Positions 1 to 8,328 of a DNA stretch of 64,000 bases are shown in pieces. The first letter of the stretch is position 1, and every line of letters starts with the position of its first letter. Origin of the DNA: Escherichia phage BME3. Location: sequence record PP239276.1; one strand, 5' to 3'. The notes beneath the pieces are model-generated. The model was given only the letters and a program-made list of their open reading frames with translations. It was not told where the DNA came from and made no database searches. Position numbers and translations under genes: made by a program.

Positions 1-55
1 AACGCGATTTTCAGCGCCCCCCGATTTCTGCCGACCGTCCCCCTCAAATATCAAT

Positions 56-84
56 GAGAATAATTATCATTTGCATTATCATTC
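56..84. repeat. Fur-box-like AT-rich repeat (gagaataattatcatttgcattatcattc)
   Basis: Matches hexamer-repeat pattern of Fur box GATAATGATAATCATTATC at about 14/19; one of several related copies. Confidence 0.4.
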
Positions 85-250
85 AATGACTTATAAGACT
101 TTTGATTATTTTCTGAGCGAAAAAGGTGCTACTCACAACAAAACAGATAAATTCTAAGTAAATCAATGACTTGGCAAGTCTAAACATCTATATACACCTT
201 GCCAAATGAAATGATCCTGCGTGAAATAGTGCTACCCGTGGAAGATAGCT

Positions 251-271
251 GATAATGATTATCATTTGCAT
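251..271. repeat. Fur-box-like repeat (gataatgattatcatttgcat)
   Basis: 16/19 identity to Fur box consensus by eye. Confidence 0.45.
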
Positions 272-660
272 ATTTTCTATACTATAAAACGCCCTAAAAA
301 TCAAGATAATTCTACTTTATTGCGCTTTTAAGAAAGTAGGCTCAACAAATAGGGAGATACATTGCAACAAATAGGGGTAATTTTATCCAACAAATAACAA
401 CAAATAGTAAGTTATATGGGGCAATAGTATGAAAAATCATCTATTCAGATATAAATAATTTTGCGCAATAGTAGTAATATTTTCTTGACAAGAAAGATTT
501 CTTTGTGTTCACATAGCGCCCCCTGGAAGGTGGCGCATTATGATCATCGGTGTCATTATTCACGATGTTTACTATTGCATAGCTCATTATTTAGCTTATA
601 TTATAGCCAATGTTCTAAACATTAGCTAATAATAACGCACCGCAACAATGTAAGGGAATA

Positions 661-793
661 CAATATACCATGTATATTGTTGCGCTTGCAATTGTTGCAA
701 GCTACATAAGCACAAATAATAACTATCGGTGATAGTTATTATGTGGGGTGTGTAGTTGCGTTATTATTAGCCGCCTATGTGTCCGGCATAGGC
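661..793. repeat. Cluster of four inverted repeats in non-coding DNA
   Basis: caatatacc-atg-tatattg (661-679), cttgcaa-ttg-ttgcaag (685-701), aataactatc-ggt-gatagttatt (718-740), gcctatg-tgtccgg-cataggc (773-793). Confidence 0.5.
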
Positions 794-1161
794 TGCTAAT
801 GATACGCTTGCGAATTATATTTCTTGTTATAGTTATTGTATGAAATGATTACTGTATGAAATTGTTATTTAGGTAATAAATAGTAAGGTAAAGATTAGAT
901 CATAAATAGATAGGATATTAATTATTTAGCAATGTTACTAACAATTTAATAGTTACTTTGTGCAACAATTCGATAGATTATAGTTATAGTTTTAAAGGTT
1001 AGATAGATTATAGTTAGCTTAGTAATGATTTACATTGATTATTGTTGTTTAATATAAGGTTATCAATGAGATAGTAACAGTAAGTTATAAATAAAGGTGA
1101 GATAATTAGTTTTAATTTAGTTAGATAACTTATTATTTTATAGATTAGATGGTCATAAGTT

Positions 1162-1236
1162 AAGAATGATTATCATTATTGCATTATGCAGTTTATTGCA
1201 TAAATAATCAGCTATAAATAAGAATGATTATCATTT
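1162..1236. repeat. Two Fur-box-like repeats (aagaatgattatcattattgcat; agaatgattatcattt)
   Basis: Copies at 1162-1184 and 1221-1236 share the GAATGATTATCATT core. Confidence 0.4.
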
Positions 1237-1440
1237 AAGAGGAAAGACAAGAAAAAGGCTGTTTTTGCCAGATAGTTGCATGAAGAAATTAAAAATAAGC
1301 GGTCTAAAACACGCTGTAAGCGCCTTATGATCTTCATGGTATGGTTGTTCATCTGCTCCTTGATTAGCTCGATACCGCGATCTATTCACTTTTTTCGGTG
1401 AACGTTTTTGATAGGTAAAAGCTATCATCTTTATTTAGGT

Positions 1441-1467
1441 AAAAAGAAAGGGCGCTTTGTGCGCCCT
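1441..1467 (-). terminator. Rho-independent terminator after early gene 1483..1866
   Basis: Hairpin agggcgc-tttgt-gcgccct; T-tract follows on minus strand. Confidence 0.5.
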
Positions 1468-1482
1468 GGTGTGAAATGTTAT

Positions 1483-1866
1483 TTACTGATAAGCTGGATC
1501 GTTTGTTATATCAATCCAATGAGTTAAATTAATTTTATTTTTTGCTTTCATTTTCTCGATCAAACGTTCGGCTAATGTTTCTGAACGAATATAAACATAG
1601 TCGCTAAAATCTTGCCCCGTTTCTTCGTCGATCATCTCGCGATATTCAATTTTCCCGATAAACGCATGATTCAGCGCATAAGTTTTACCCGTGTACCAGT
1701 TGTGCAAATGAATCTCACATTTATAATCATCGCTATAACCTTCGGTTGTTCTAACTTCAACCAAGTCGCCTTTGAACACGGATAAGCACCACATAGGATC
1801 ACGATCTACAGCGCCGTTAAAATCTTTACCGTTTACAGTAGCCGCCAGGTTGATGATATTGCTCAT
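1483..1866 (-). CDS. hypothetical early protein (127 aa)
   Basis: ORF track 1483..1941 trimmed to ATG at 1866 preceded by RBS acgagg and a sigma70-like promoter. Confidence 0.6.
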   Translation of the reverse strand: MSNIINLAATVNGKDFNGAVDRDPMWCLSVFKGDLVEVRTTEGYSDDYKCEIHLHNWYTGKTYALNHAFIGKIEYREMIDEETGQDFSDYVYIRSETLAERLIEKMKAKNKINLTHWIDITNDPAYQ

Positions 1867-1912
1867 GGTGATTCCTCGTTTACCGTTTAAAATGATTTGC
1901 CCTACGTGATAA

Positions 1913-1941
1913 ATAATAATGTAAGCGTGATCCGGTGTCAA
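1913..1941 (-). promoter_or_regulatory. sigma70-like early promoter (TTGACA-17-TATTAT)
   Basis: -35 at 1936-1941, -10 at 1913-1918 on minus strand. Confidence 0.5.
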
Positions 1942-2284
1942 TAGGCGAGATTGTAAAGATTTGATAGTTTATTCCTTTGATGTTTTGTTGTTTGATAGGT
2001 GGAAGCTATCAATATATAGCGGGATCTTCCGGTGATTATCTTCCCCTGTCCCCAAGTGCCGCCCGTTCCATAATAATAATCAAAAGCAGAATAAAAGGCA
2101 AGATAAAAAGCAAATTATTTCCTATGTGCTTTAAACGCTCTAAACAGCTTTATAACAGCTTTTTCATCCTGGTAAGGGGATTAATCATTACTACCTTGTT
2201 TAAACGGTTACAATCGGTTTTAGGCTGTTTTACGCCACCTTTACGCCTATTCTTTACGTGTTGTTTCCATCGTGAAAAAAGAAT

Positions 2285-2316
2285 ACAAAAAAGGGCGCTT
2301 AGTGCGCCCCTTTCTT
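2285..2316. terminator. bidirectional hairpin terminator gggcgc-ttagt-gcgccc
   Basis: A-tract upstream and T-tract downstream; lies just after stop of 2327..2716 (-). Confidence 0.5.
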
Positions 2317-2326
2317 TTACCGTGTA

Positions 2327-2716
2327 TTAATATTCGTTATAATACATCGCTAACTTTTCATCAAAAGCCGCTTGACGATCTGCATACTCCCAAAACATTT
2401 CCTGATCCTGCTGGTCATCTTCATCCATCATGTTAAACTGTGCCACTTCCTGGTAAGTGATCGCCATATTATAACGATAGGTGATCTCTTCTGCGATGTT
2501 TTCCGGTAAAGATGATTCTACACTGTCTAACAGCATATTTAACATCATTTCAGCCGCTTTTTCATCATTATCAAAGCAGTAAGCAGACCATGCCGCATGA
2601 TGTTTATTTTTCATCTTTGCAATCAAGCCATTGACTAAAAAAGGCGCTACGTTGTTAACGATACCCTGCAAGGATTGGAATTTTTCAACGTTAGAAACAG
2701 AAACCAGGTTGCGCAT
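2327..2716 (-). CDS. hypothetical acidic early protein (129 aa)
   Basis: ORF track 2327..2776 trimmed to ATG at 2716 (MRNLVSV) downstream of leader hairpin; C-terminus rich in D/E. Confidence 0.6.
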   Translation of the reverse strand: MRNLVSVSNVEKFQSLQGIVNNVAPFLVNGLIAKMKNKHHAAWSAYCFDNDEKAAEMMLNMLLDSVESSLPENIAEEITYRYNMAITYQEVAQFNMMDEDDQQDQEMFWEYADRQAAFDEKLAMYYNEY

Positions 2717-2739
2717 AGTATTTACCTTTTTGATTACCT

Positions 2740-2800
2740 GGCGGGAAACCATTTCCCGCCCTATGTGGTAAATCATACCATATTGGGGATCGGTGTCAAT
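2740..2800 (-). promoter_or_regulatory. early promoter plus leader hairpin module
   Basis: TTGACA (2795-2800), 17 nt spacer, TATGAT (2772-2777), box ttaccacatagg, perfect hairpin ggcgggaaaccatttcccgcc (2740-2760). Confidence 0.6.
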
Positions 2801-2805
2801 ACTTT

Positions 2806-3192
2806 TTATTCAATATAAATCAAATTATCTTCACCAATGTAAGCATGCACCGATGGCATTAATTTAGCTGCATTTGTTAGGCGGTTGGCGGTGTTAGTAG
2901 TGTATATTTCAGGGCGATCCCAAAAACCTATGCCGTGACCGTTACGGGTGAAATGTAAGTCATTCCCGATCTGGTTTGCTGTAGCGCCGTCGCTCATTGC
3001 CTCAGAGATAGCGGCAACATTGGCACTACAAAAGGCGGTCACATCGCTGGTAATACGTTTCAGGGCGCTAGAAGAAAAATCATAATCGTCTAGATTCTCA
3101 ATATATTCCCCATTGTGATCCGTCGCTGGTTCGGCAAAAATAAAGGCTTCTTTATAGCCGTTGATCATTTCGTTAATGATTTCAGTTTTCAT
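2806..3192 (-). CDS. hypothetical early protein (128 aa)
   Basis: ORF track; start overlaps stop of upstream gene (ATGA). Confidence 0.6.
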   Translation of the reverse strand: MKTEIINEMINGYKEAFIFAEPATDHNGEYIENLDDYDFSSSALKRITSDVTAFCSANVAAISEAMSDGATANQIGNDLHFTRNGHGIGFWDRPEIYTTNTANRLTNAAKLMPSVHAYIGEDNLIYIE

Positions 3193-3413
3193 GCTGTACG
3201 CTCGACAATAATAATGGTTTGCGGGATCTCGTTTTCTACTACTAACAAGGCTTTTTTCTGTGTGATAGATATTTTAACACGTTGTAAAGTAGCGGTGAAA
3301 TCTTTCATTTCGTCACGTGGTGTTTTAGTGCAATGCCAGATCTCAGGTTTACCTATTTGCAAGCCGCGTAAAAATTCTGTTTTACCTGTCTTATTCGTGA
3401 TCACTTGTTTCAC
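3189..3413 (-). CDS. hypothetical small early protein (GTG start; alternative GTG at 3404)
   Basis: ORF track; translationally coupled to 2806..3192. Confidence 0.45.
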   Translation of the reverse strand: MKQVITNKTGKTEFLRGLQIGKPEIWHCTKTPRDEMKDFTATLQRVKISITQKKALLVVENEIPQTIIIVERTA

Positions 3414-3414
3414 C

Positions 3415-3519
3415 TTAGCCGATACCGTGGGAAGATAGAATCATGTTAGCCATAGTTGCAATCACTCCAACCGATAACGCCAGGCCCACTATTGCAACCG
3501 TGAAAATTTTCTCTAACAT
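3415..3519 (-). CDS. 34-aa hydrophobic peptide MLEKIFTVAIVGLALSVGVIATMANMILSSHGIG
   Basis: Hand-translated; below the 60-aa ORF-track cutoff; sits behind its own promoter/leader module. Confidence 0.35.
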   Translation of the reverse strand: MLEKIFTVAIVGLALSVGVIATMANMILSSHGIG

Positions 3520-3537
3520 GATGCTACCCTCATTAGT

Positions 3538-3600
3538 GGGCGTTGCCTTATTGCCCCGCCCTATGTGATACATATTATCAGCTTATTAGCCGTTGTCAAT
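3538..3600 (-). promoter_or_regulatory. early promoter plus degenerate leader hairpin
   Basis: TTGACA (3595-3600), TAATAT -10, box gtatcacataggg, hairpin gggcg...cgccc. Confidence 0.5.
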
Positions 3601-3704
3601 CACTTTTTTAAACTTCTTTCAAAGAGAAGATCATCGATCTCAGAAACAATAAGCGTTATCAAAGGAATAATAACCGCCGCGCACATCATGGTAAGAATAA
3701 TCAT
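3600..3704 (-). CDS. 34-aa hydrophobic peptide MIILTMMCAAVIIPLITLIVSEIDDLLFERSLKK
   Basis: Hand-translated; single predicted TM helix; downstream of module 3724-3782. Confidence 0.35.
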   Translation of the reverse strand: MIILTMMCAAVIIPLITLIVSEIDDLLFERSLKK

Positions 3705-3723
3705 TTTAGTTCTCTCTATTCTG

Positions 3724-3782
3724 GCGGGAAACCATTTCCCGCCCTATGTGGTACACTTTACCAGATAACCGCATATTGTCAA
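3724..3782 (-). promoter_or_regulatory. early promoter plus leader hairpin module
   Basis: TTGACA (3777-3782), TAAAGT (3755-3760), box gtaccacataggg, hairpin ggcgggaaaccatttcccgcc (3724-3744). Confidence 0.6.
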
Positions 3783-3783
3783 A

Positions 3784-4053
3784 CTATTTTTTCAAGCTCG
3801 ACCAGTCAAAACACGGGGCGATCTCGTTAAAACTTGTACCCTGTAAAGCACATAATTTTTTAGCAATAGCCGCCGTAACCTGGCGTTGTACGCGCGGATC
3901 TGCTACTGATTGGAGAAAATAGGCGGTTTTATACGTGATCATGCTTTCGCCCGTTTCTTTGTTAATATGATGCACTATTTTAGCTTTATCATCTTTCACC
4001 AGGGTGTAACCGGATTCGATGGCCTTGATTGCAACGTCCAATGATATTTTCAT
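3784..4053 (-). CDS. hypothetical early protein (89 aa)
   Basis: ORF track; leader hairpin ggcgggg-n7-ccccgcc (4074-4094) and RBS aagagg upstream. Confidence 0.6.
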   Translation of the reverse strand: MKISLDVAIKAIESGYTLVKDDKAKIVHHINKETGESMITYKTAYFLQSVADPRVQRQVTAAIAKKLCALQGTSFNEIAPCFDWSSLKK

Positions 4054-4101
4054 GATTTACCTCTTTATTGACGGCGGGGAATACTCCCCCCGCCTTATTA
4101 A

Positions 4102-4272
4102 TTACTCTTCATCGTCGCCGTTATAGTATTCAATGCCGTTTTCATCGGTTACAGTAATGTTAACGCCACCGATAGCAACACGATCACGGGCAAACGTCAT
4201 GGCTTCATTTAAATCTTCAGACCAAAAAATATTGTGACCTTTGCGCGATACGTAAAACATAGTTGGGATCAT
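4102..4272 (-). CDS. hypothetical early protein (56 aa)
   Basis: ORF track 4102..4302 trimmed to ATG at 4272 (MIPTMFYV) after leader hairpin. Confidence 0.5.
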   Translation of the reverse strand: MIPTMFYVSRKGHNIFWSEDLNEAMTFARDRVAIGGVNITVTDENGIEYYNGDDEE

Positions 4273-4293
4273 GATTTGTTTCTCTTCTGTTAT

Positions 4294-4351
4294 GAGCGGC
4301 ACTATTGCCGCCCTATGTGATAAACTTTACTACGTTGTTTGCCTAGTGTCA
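4294..4351 (-). promoter_or_regulatory. early promoter plus leader hairpin module
   Basis: TTGACA (4346-4351), TAAAGT (4324-4329), box ttatcacataggg, hairpin gcggca-atag-tgccgc. Confidence 0.6.
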
Positions 4352-4353
4352 AA

Positions 4354-4638
4354 TTATTTTTTAATGTTTTGCCCTACAAAATTAATCACTTCCTTAAGCT
4401 GTTTCTCAGTCATGATCGTGCCTGGCAATTCTTCTTTGATTTCTTCCGGTAGATAGATATTACCGCGCCAGGTTAATAAACAACCGTTTTGATCTTCACA
4501 GATAGAATAAGAGAAGATCCACTCATTATCATTCTCAAGCTCCCAAAAGCACAAAAAATCTTCTTTCCCCAGGTTTTCAACGGATAAGCATAATCCGCGA
4601 CGTGCTGCATAGTTGGAAAGTGCTTTTGTGATCTTCAT
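4354..4638 (-). CDS. hypothetical early protein (94 aa)
   Basis: ORF track; ATG at 4638 follows leader hairpin and promoter. Confidence 0.6.
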   Translation of the reverse strand: MKITKALSNYAARRGLCLSVENLGKEDFLCFWELENDNEWIFSYSICEDQNGCLLTWRGNIYLPEEIKEELPGTIMTEKQLKEVINFVGQNIKK

Positions 4639-4657
4639 ATCTTATCTCTTCTGTTAA

Positions 4658-4720
4658 GGCGGGGAAACCATTTCCCCGCTCTATGAGATACAATATACTC
4701 CTTATCAGGTGTGCTGTCAA
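4658..4720 (-). promoter_or_regulatory. early promoter plus leader hairpin module
   Basis: TTGACA (4715-4720), 17 nt, TATATT (4692-4697), box gtatctcatagag, hairpin cggggaaaccatttccccg. Confidence 0.6.
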
Positions 4721-5044
4721 TCAATAATCTTCAATATTTTCTACATTGACAAAAGCATGTTTATTTTCTAAGTTTTCGCCGTACCATTGCCCCATGTTGA
4801 TTTCTGCGGTGCGTAACCAGGACATGCCGCGTTCTATCTTTTTGCTCGCAATGTCGATCCGGCTTTTGCATAGTGCTTTAGCTTGCAATGTAAAAACATT
4901 ATTGCCATGTAATGCTTCCAGGTCATCATGTGCAAGGCGATACTCTTTAAAGCCTGATTCTATCATTTCAATCGCATCAAGGAAACGAGCGCGATGATAG
5001 AAAAAATCAGAGTTATCCAAATAAACACCGATCACAGATTTCAT
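4721..5044 (-). CDS. hypothetical early protein (107 aa)
   Basis: ORF track 4721..5104 trimmed to ATG at 5044 (MKSVIG) with RBS aaaaggg. Confidence 0.55.
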   Translation of the reverse strand: MKSVIGVYLDNSDFFYHRARFLDAIEMIESGFKEYRLAHDDLEALHGNNVFTLQAKALCKSRIDIASKKIERGMSWLRTAEINMGQWYGENLENKHAFVNVENIEDY

Positions 5045-5144
5045 AATTTTACCCTTTTGTTTGCGGCCTTTGCCGTTTTCAAGATATAGTTTAAAGCATA
5101 ACAAAAAATTGTCAAGCCTTTAAAGCGTACAACTATAAAACCTA

Positions 5145-5264
5145 TTAAAACACAATGCATAACAACATGGTTATAGTAGCAATACAACATAAAGCCATGC
5201 TTGTTTTCCTTCCTTCCTCGTATGCTGGATTTATTACGCTATATTGTACGGGAATAATTTTCAT
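5145..5264 (-). CDS. possible 39-aa peptide
   Basis: Hand-translated ORF with RBS aagga; weak support. Confidence 0.25.
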   Translation of the reverse strand: MKIIPVQYSVINPAYEEGRKTSMALCCIATITMLLCIVF

Positions 5265-5273
5265 GCTGTTTCC

Positions 5274-5369
5274 TTAATGTCTTAAAACGTGGTTTACAAT
5301 AGAAACAAGTATACAGAAGAAAAAAGATCCTGACAATAAGATCCCGAAAAATAAATGTAAATAGGGCAT
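5274..5369 (-). CDS. 31-aa hydrophobic peptide MPYLHLFFGILLSGSFFFCILVSIVNHVLRH
   Basis: Strong RBS aaggag 7 nt upstream of ATG; hand-translated. Confidence 0.35.
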   Translation of the reverse strand: MPYLHLFFGILLSGSFFFCILVSIVNHVLRH

Positions 5370-5373
5370 GGTT

Positions 5374-5676
5374 TTACTCCTTAAAAAAATCATTGACAAT
5401 TAAACTGATAACGCCCAGCACCAGATCACCAGGTAGCGCCGCGCTTTCGTTGTTGCTTGTTTGCACTTCCTCACTAGTACCAGCATGATAGATCGCATGG
5501 TAAGCAATAGTATAATAACCTTTCGTTATTTCTTTAAGATTAATGATTAGCACGTTATTTGTTTCATCTTGAAACAATTTAGCGGTGATAGTATTGTTTT
5601 CTTTTACACTATCGACTTTTATTGATGGATCATTTACACCAGAAAAAAGAAAAAACGTTTTAGCTATGCCGTTCAT
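5374..5676 (-). CDS. hypothetical early protein (100 aa)
   Basis: ORF track; RBS aaaggaga; promoter upstream. Confidence 0.6.
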   Translation of the reverse strand: MNGIAKTFFLFSGVNDPSIKVDSVKENNTITAKLFQDETNNVLIINLKEITKGYYTIAYHAIYHAGTSEEVQTSNNESAALPGDLVLGVISLIVNDFFKE

Positions 5677-5688
5677 GTAGTTCTCCTT

Positions 5689-5717
5689 TGTTGTGTGTAT
5701 CTTATAACGTGCTTTCT
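5689..5717 (-). promoter_or_regulatory. sigma70-like early promoter (TTGACA-17-TAAGAT)
   Basis: -35 at 5712-5717, -10 at 5689-5694; no leader hairpin. Confidence 0.5.
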
Positions 5718-5723
5718 ATGTTG

Positions 5724-6125
5724 TCAATCTTTTATTTCGGTGCATTTTGCTAGGGTATACGTTGCAAGTGCTGCCACTAGTTTTTCATTGCTACGATCTG
5801 CGGCTGTACTGTGTACTTTTTGAATACTTTTTAACCACGGTGTAAAATTTTGAGTAGTCAGCACACTAGTAATAATTTCACATGGTACATCTTCATTTAA
5901 GCCATTAACAATAGATTTATCTATTTTTGCCGTTAGTTGTGTAACAGCACCATAAGCGATCATGTGTGAATCCTCCATGATTTCATCGGGGATCGCATTA
6001 TTAATAAGCATGACGTTTTCCATTGCATCAACGGCGCTTAATTCTGCTACTGTGGAGGATATCGCCGCGCTAGATGTTCCAACCATGCCAAAAGAGATTA
6101 AACCAGCGATCAATAATTTTTTCAT
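5724..6125 (-). CDS. secreted early protein (134 aa)
   Basis: ORF track trimmed to MKKLLIAGLISFGMVGTSSAA signal-peptide-like N-terminus. Confidence 0.6.
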   Translation of the reverse strand: MKKLLIAGLISFGMVGTSSAAISSTVAELSAVDAMENVMLINNAIPDEIMEDSHMIAYGAVTQLTAKIDKSIVNGLNEDVPCEIITSVLTTQNFTPWLKSIQKVHSTAADRSNEKLVAALATYTLAKCTEIKD

Positions 6126-6133
6126 TTCTTGCC

Positions 6134-6316
6134 TCATATATGTTTTATTGAGATTATATTGTCACTATATACAACGTTTTTCAACGTGTCAATAAAAATC
6201 TTATTGCCTTCAATCCCCAGGATCACGCCGCTAGTTATAAAGCCATATTGATCACGATATCGGGCGCATAACCTTTGCCCCTGGGCTAGTGCCTTGCTTA
6301 TTTCGTCTAATTTCAT
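6134..6316 (-). CDS. hypothetical small protein (60 aa)
   Basis: ORF track; RBS acaggag. Confidence 0.45.
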   Translation of the reverse strand: MKLDEISKALAQGQRLCARYRDQYGFITSGVILGIEGNKIFIDTLKNVVYSDNIISIKHI

Positions 6317-6406
6317 TTTTAAAGCTCCTGTAAAGCTGTCTAACGTGGTTTATAGGCTTATCCTGGCGTTACCATTGCCTATGGGTAACAAGCCTCTATA
6401 TAAGCT

Positions 6407-6433
6407 AAAAGGGCGCTTATTGCGCCCTTTTTT
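6407..6433. terminator. bidirectional hairpin terminator gggcgc-ttat-tgcgccc
   Basis: Flanked by A-tract and T-tract. Confidence 0.5.
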
Positions 6434-6434
6434 G

Positions 6435-6572
6435 TTATTCGTTCCAGTATCTTTTTGTGCTGCGATCTCTTTTTGTTTTGTTCCGCTTGTCGCCTTTTTT
6501 GGTGATCTCTTCGTTCCAATCTTTACGCGCTTTGTTGCGGTTGAATTTTTCGATCTGCTGTGATGCGTTCAT
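6435..6572 (-). CDS. possible 45-aa basic protein
   Basis: Hand-translated (MNASQQIEKFNRNKARKDW...); RBS agagga; ends at terminator. Confidence 0.35.
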   Translation of the reverse strand: MNASQQIEKFNRNKARKDWNEEITKKGDKRNKTKRDRSTKRYWNE

Positions 6573-6587
6573 GTTTCTTCCTCTTAA

Positions 6588-6947
6588 TTACGCCACGTTG
6601 TGCTGTTTTGCCAGGGTTACGATCATGCTTGCAATATATAACCAATAATTTTCCCGCTCACGGGTAACGGTTGTTTCTTTGCTTGTTTCTTTTATGTACT
6701 TCCATTCAATTAATAATTGATCGATCTCGTTATAATTAAAAGCTATATTTATTTCTGACGGTAAACCTTGTAACCAGCTTTTAACAGCTTGTACCATGTT
6801 GTTATTATAACGATCACGATTAGATTGATACCAGTATTCAGAATTAAAACGGCGCATCAGTTCGGTGATTTTTTCTTTTTCGGTTGTAGTACCATCAAAA
6901 GAAATAGCCGACAAAATGTAAGTTTTAATTGCTTTTGCTGATTTCAT
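6588..6947 (-). CDS. hypothetical early protein (119 aa)
   Basis: ORF track; preceded by module 6969-7026. Confidence 0.6.
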   Translation of the reverse strand: MKSAKAIKTYILSAISFDGTTTEKEKITELMRRFNSEYWYQSNRDRYNNNMVQAVKSWLQGLPSEINIAFNYNEIDQLLIEWKYIKETSKETTVTRERENYWLYIASMIVTLAKQHNVA

Positions 6948-6968
6948 AATCTTATCTCTTTATTGATG

Positions 6969-7026
6969 GCGGGAAACCATTTCCCGCCGTTGTTGTCACT
7001 TTACTTATAAATGATGCTACTGTCAA
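6969..7026 (-). promoter_or_regulatory. early promoter plus leader hairpin module
   Basis: TTGACA (7021-7026), 17 nt, TAAAGT (6998-7003), hairpin ggcgggaaaccatttcccgcc (6969-6989). Confidence 0.6.
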
Positions 7027-7033
7027 GCGAATA

Positions 7034-7204
7034 TTATTTATTTTTTAGCGTTAACGTTCCCAGCTTATCAGCGTGACGCAGACCAGGGAAGATCCATTTA
7101 CCTGATTCATCTTTTACCGGGGCTTTAAGCGTAGCGCCCAGGTTGGCGGCGTTAACTTTACGTGCAACGTTGCGAGCGGCTTCACGGGTAGCGAAAGTGA
7201 TCAT
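7034..7204 (-). CDS. possible 56-aa protein
   Basis: Hand-translated; leader hairpin ggcggtgg-n-ccaccgcc and TTGCAA-17-TAAACT promoter upstream. Confidence 0.4.
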   Translation of the reverse strand: MITFATREAARNVARKVNAANLGATLKAPVKDESGKWIFPGLRHADKLGTLTLKNK

Positions 7205-7295
7205 GATGTTTTCCTCTTCTCTTTGTTAGGCGGTGGGCTATTCCACCGCCTTGATGAATACAGTTTACTTTATTTTTGCAGTATTGCAAGCGGTT

Positions 7296-7511
7296 TTATG
7301 AAATAAATGTCAAAGTAAAATCATAATCTTTTGATAGTTTATATTGCACCTTGTTACCGTATATGTCACCTTTACGTAAAGATCCACGGATACCGATAAC
7401 ATCTTTCACATCTTTAAGATTTTTCACGCCTGTAATATCTTTATTAAAATATTCGTCATCTGAAAATAAAACTTGCTTTGCATTTTTTAACAAGGTGCGG
7501 ATATTAGCCAT
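7296..7511 (-). CDS. hypothetical early protein (71 aa)
   Basis: ORF track 7296..7559 trimmed to ATG at 7511 (MANIRTLL). Confidence 0.55.
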   Translation of the reverse strand: MANIRTLLKNAKQVLFSDDEYFNKDITGVKNLKDVKDVIGIRGSLRKGDIYGNKVQYKLSKDYDFTLTFIS

Positions 7512-7532
7512 GATGATTTCTCTTTTAGTTGT

Positions 7533-7590
7533 GAGCGGCACTATTGCCGCCCTATGCATTACATTTTACTGATTTTAGTTATCTTGTCAA
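7533..7590 (-). promoter_or_regulatory. early promoter plus leader hairpin module
   Basis: TTGACA (7585-7590); hairpin family gagcggcactattgccgccc (also at 4294 and 11175). Confidence 0.55.
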
Positions 7591-7598
7591 GATTATTT

Positions 7599-7826
7599 TT
7601 AGTTTAATCCATCCAGGCACAACAAGCGATCAACATTCAGATCGGTTAGGCTAATCGTTGGCACCTGGTAGGATTCGATGTACTCAACGCTCGACCATTG
7701 CCCAAAGTTAGCGACCGCCCAGCTATTCAAGGAGGAGTGAAGATCATCCCCTTTCTTCTCGGTGATAACTGCTACTACCTGGGAGATTCCAACCGTACCG
7801 GATACGCGAACAATAACGATAGCCAT
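7599..7826 (-). CDS. hypothetical early protein (75 aa)
   Basis: ORF track. Confidence 0.55.
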   Translation of the reverse strand: MAIVIVRVSGTVGISQVVAVITEKKGDDLHSSLNSWAVANFGQWSSVEYIESYQVPTISLTDLNVDRLLCLDGLN

Positions 7827-7848
7827 AATTATAACCTTTCTTTGATTT

Positions 7849-7908
7849 GGCGGGAAACCATTTCCCGCCTTATGTGATATATCTTACACTAATTTAAAAC
7901 GTTGTCAA
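7849..7908 (-). promoter_or_regulatory. early promoter plus leader hairpin module
   Basis: TTGACA (7903-7908), TAAGAT, box atatcacataagg, hairpin ggcgggaaaccatttcccgcc (7849-7869). Confidence 0.6.
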
Positions 7909-8003
7909 ATTATTTTCTATTTCTTCCGTAATAGCCCAATTTATGATCTAAGCTAAAACGTTTTGTGAGATAGGTCGAACGATGTTTCATTTTTATGTCT
8001 CCT

Positions 8004-8243
8004 TTACATTCCAACCATAGCGGCACGGATCGCGGTTTTACTGAACTTGAATCCGTCTGGCGTTTTATCTTGATCCATACTTTCAAGAAATAACATCATA
8101 TCCCGCGCTGCGTCATTTTTATTGGTGTTAGCTGCGATAAATTCACGCGCAAGATTATAAAAACCTTCATCGTTGTTGATCCAAAGGCTTACATTCCAAT
8201 GAGTTTTATTTTTGTGACCGTTGTACATTTTAGATTTAGCCAT
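8004..8243 (-). CDS. hypothetical early protein (79 aa)
   Basis: ORF track 8004..8300 trimmed to ATG at 8243 (MAKSKMY) after leader hairpin. Confidence 0.55.
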   Translation of the reverse strand: MAKSKMYNGHKNKTHWNVSLWINNDEGFYNLAREFIAANTNKNDAARDMMLFLESMDQDKTPDGFKFSKTAIRAAMVGM

Positions 8244-8264
8244 GATGTTAATCTCTTTTTCAGT

Positions 8265-8326
8265 GAGGCGGGAACTATTCCCGCTCTCGATGTAAACCAT
8301 TATATAGTAATAAAATACTTTGTCAA
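8265..8326 (-). promoter_or_regulatory. early promoter plus leader hairpin module
   Basis: TTGACA (8321-8326), 16 nt, TATAAT; hairpin gcgggaa-cta-ttcccgc. Confidence 0.6.
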
Positions 8327-8328
8327 TA

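Noticed and set aside
1231-1428. ORF 1231..1428 (-), 65 aa
   Set aside because: No RBS before the ATG, sits just downstream of a terminator and overlaps Fur-box-like repeats; likely spurious, though a small basic protein cannot be excluded.
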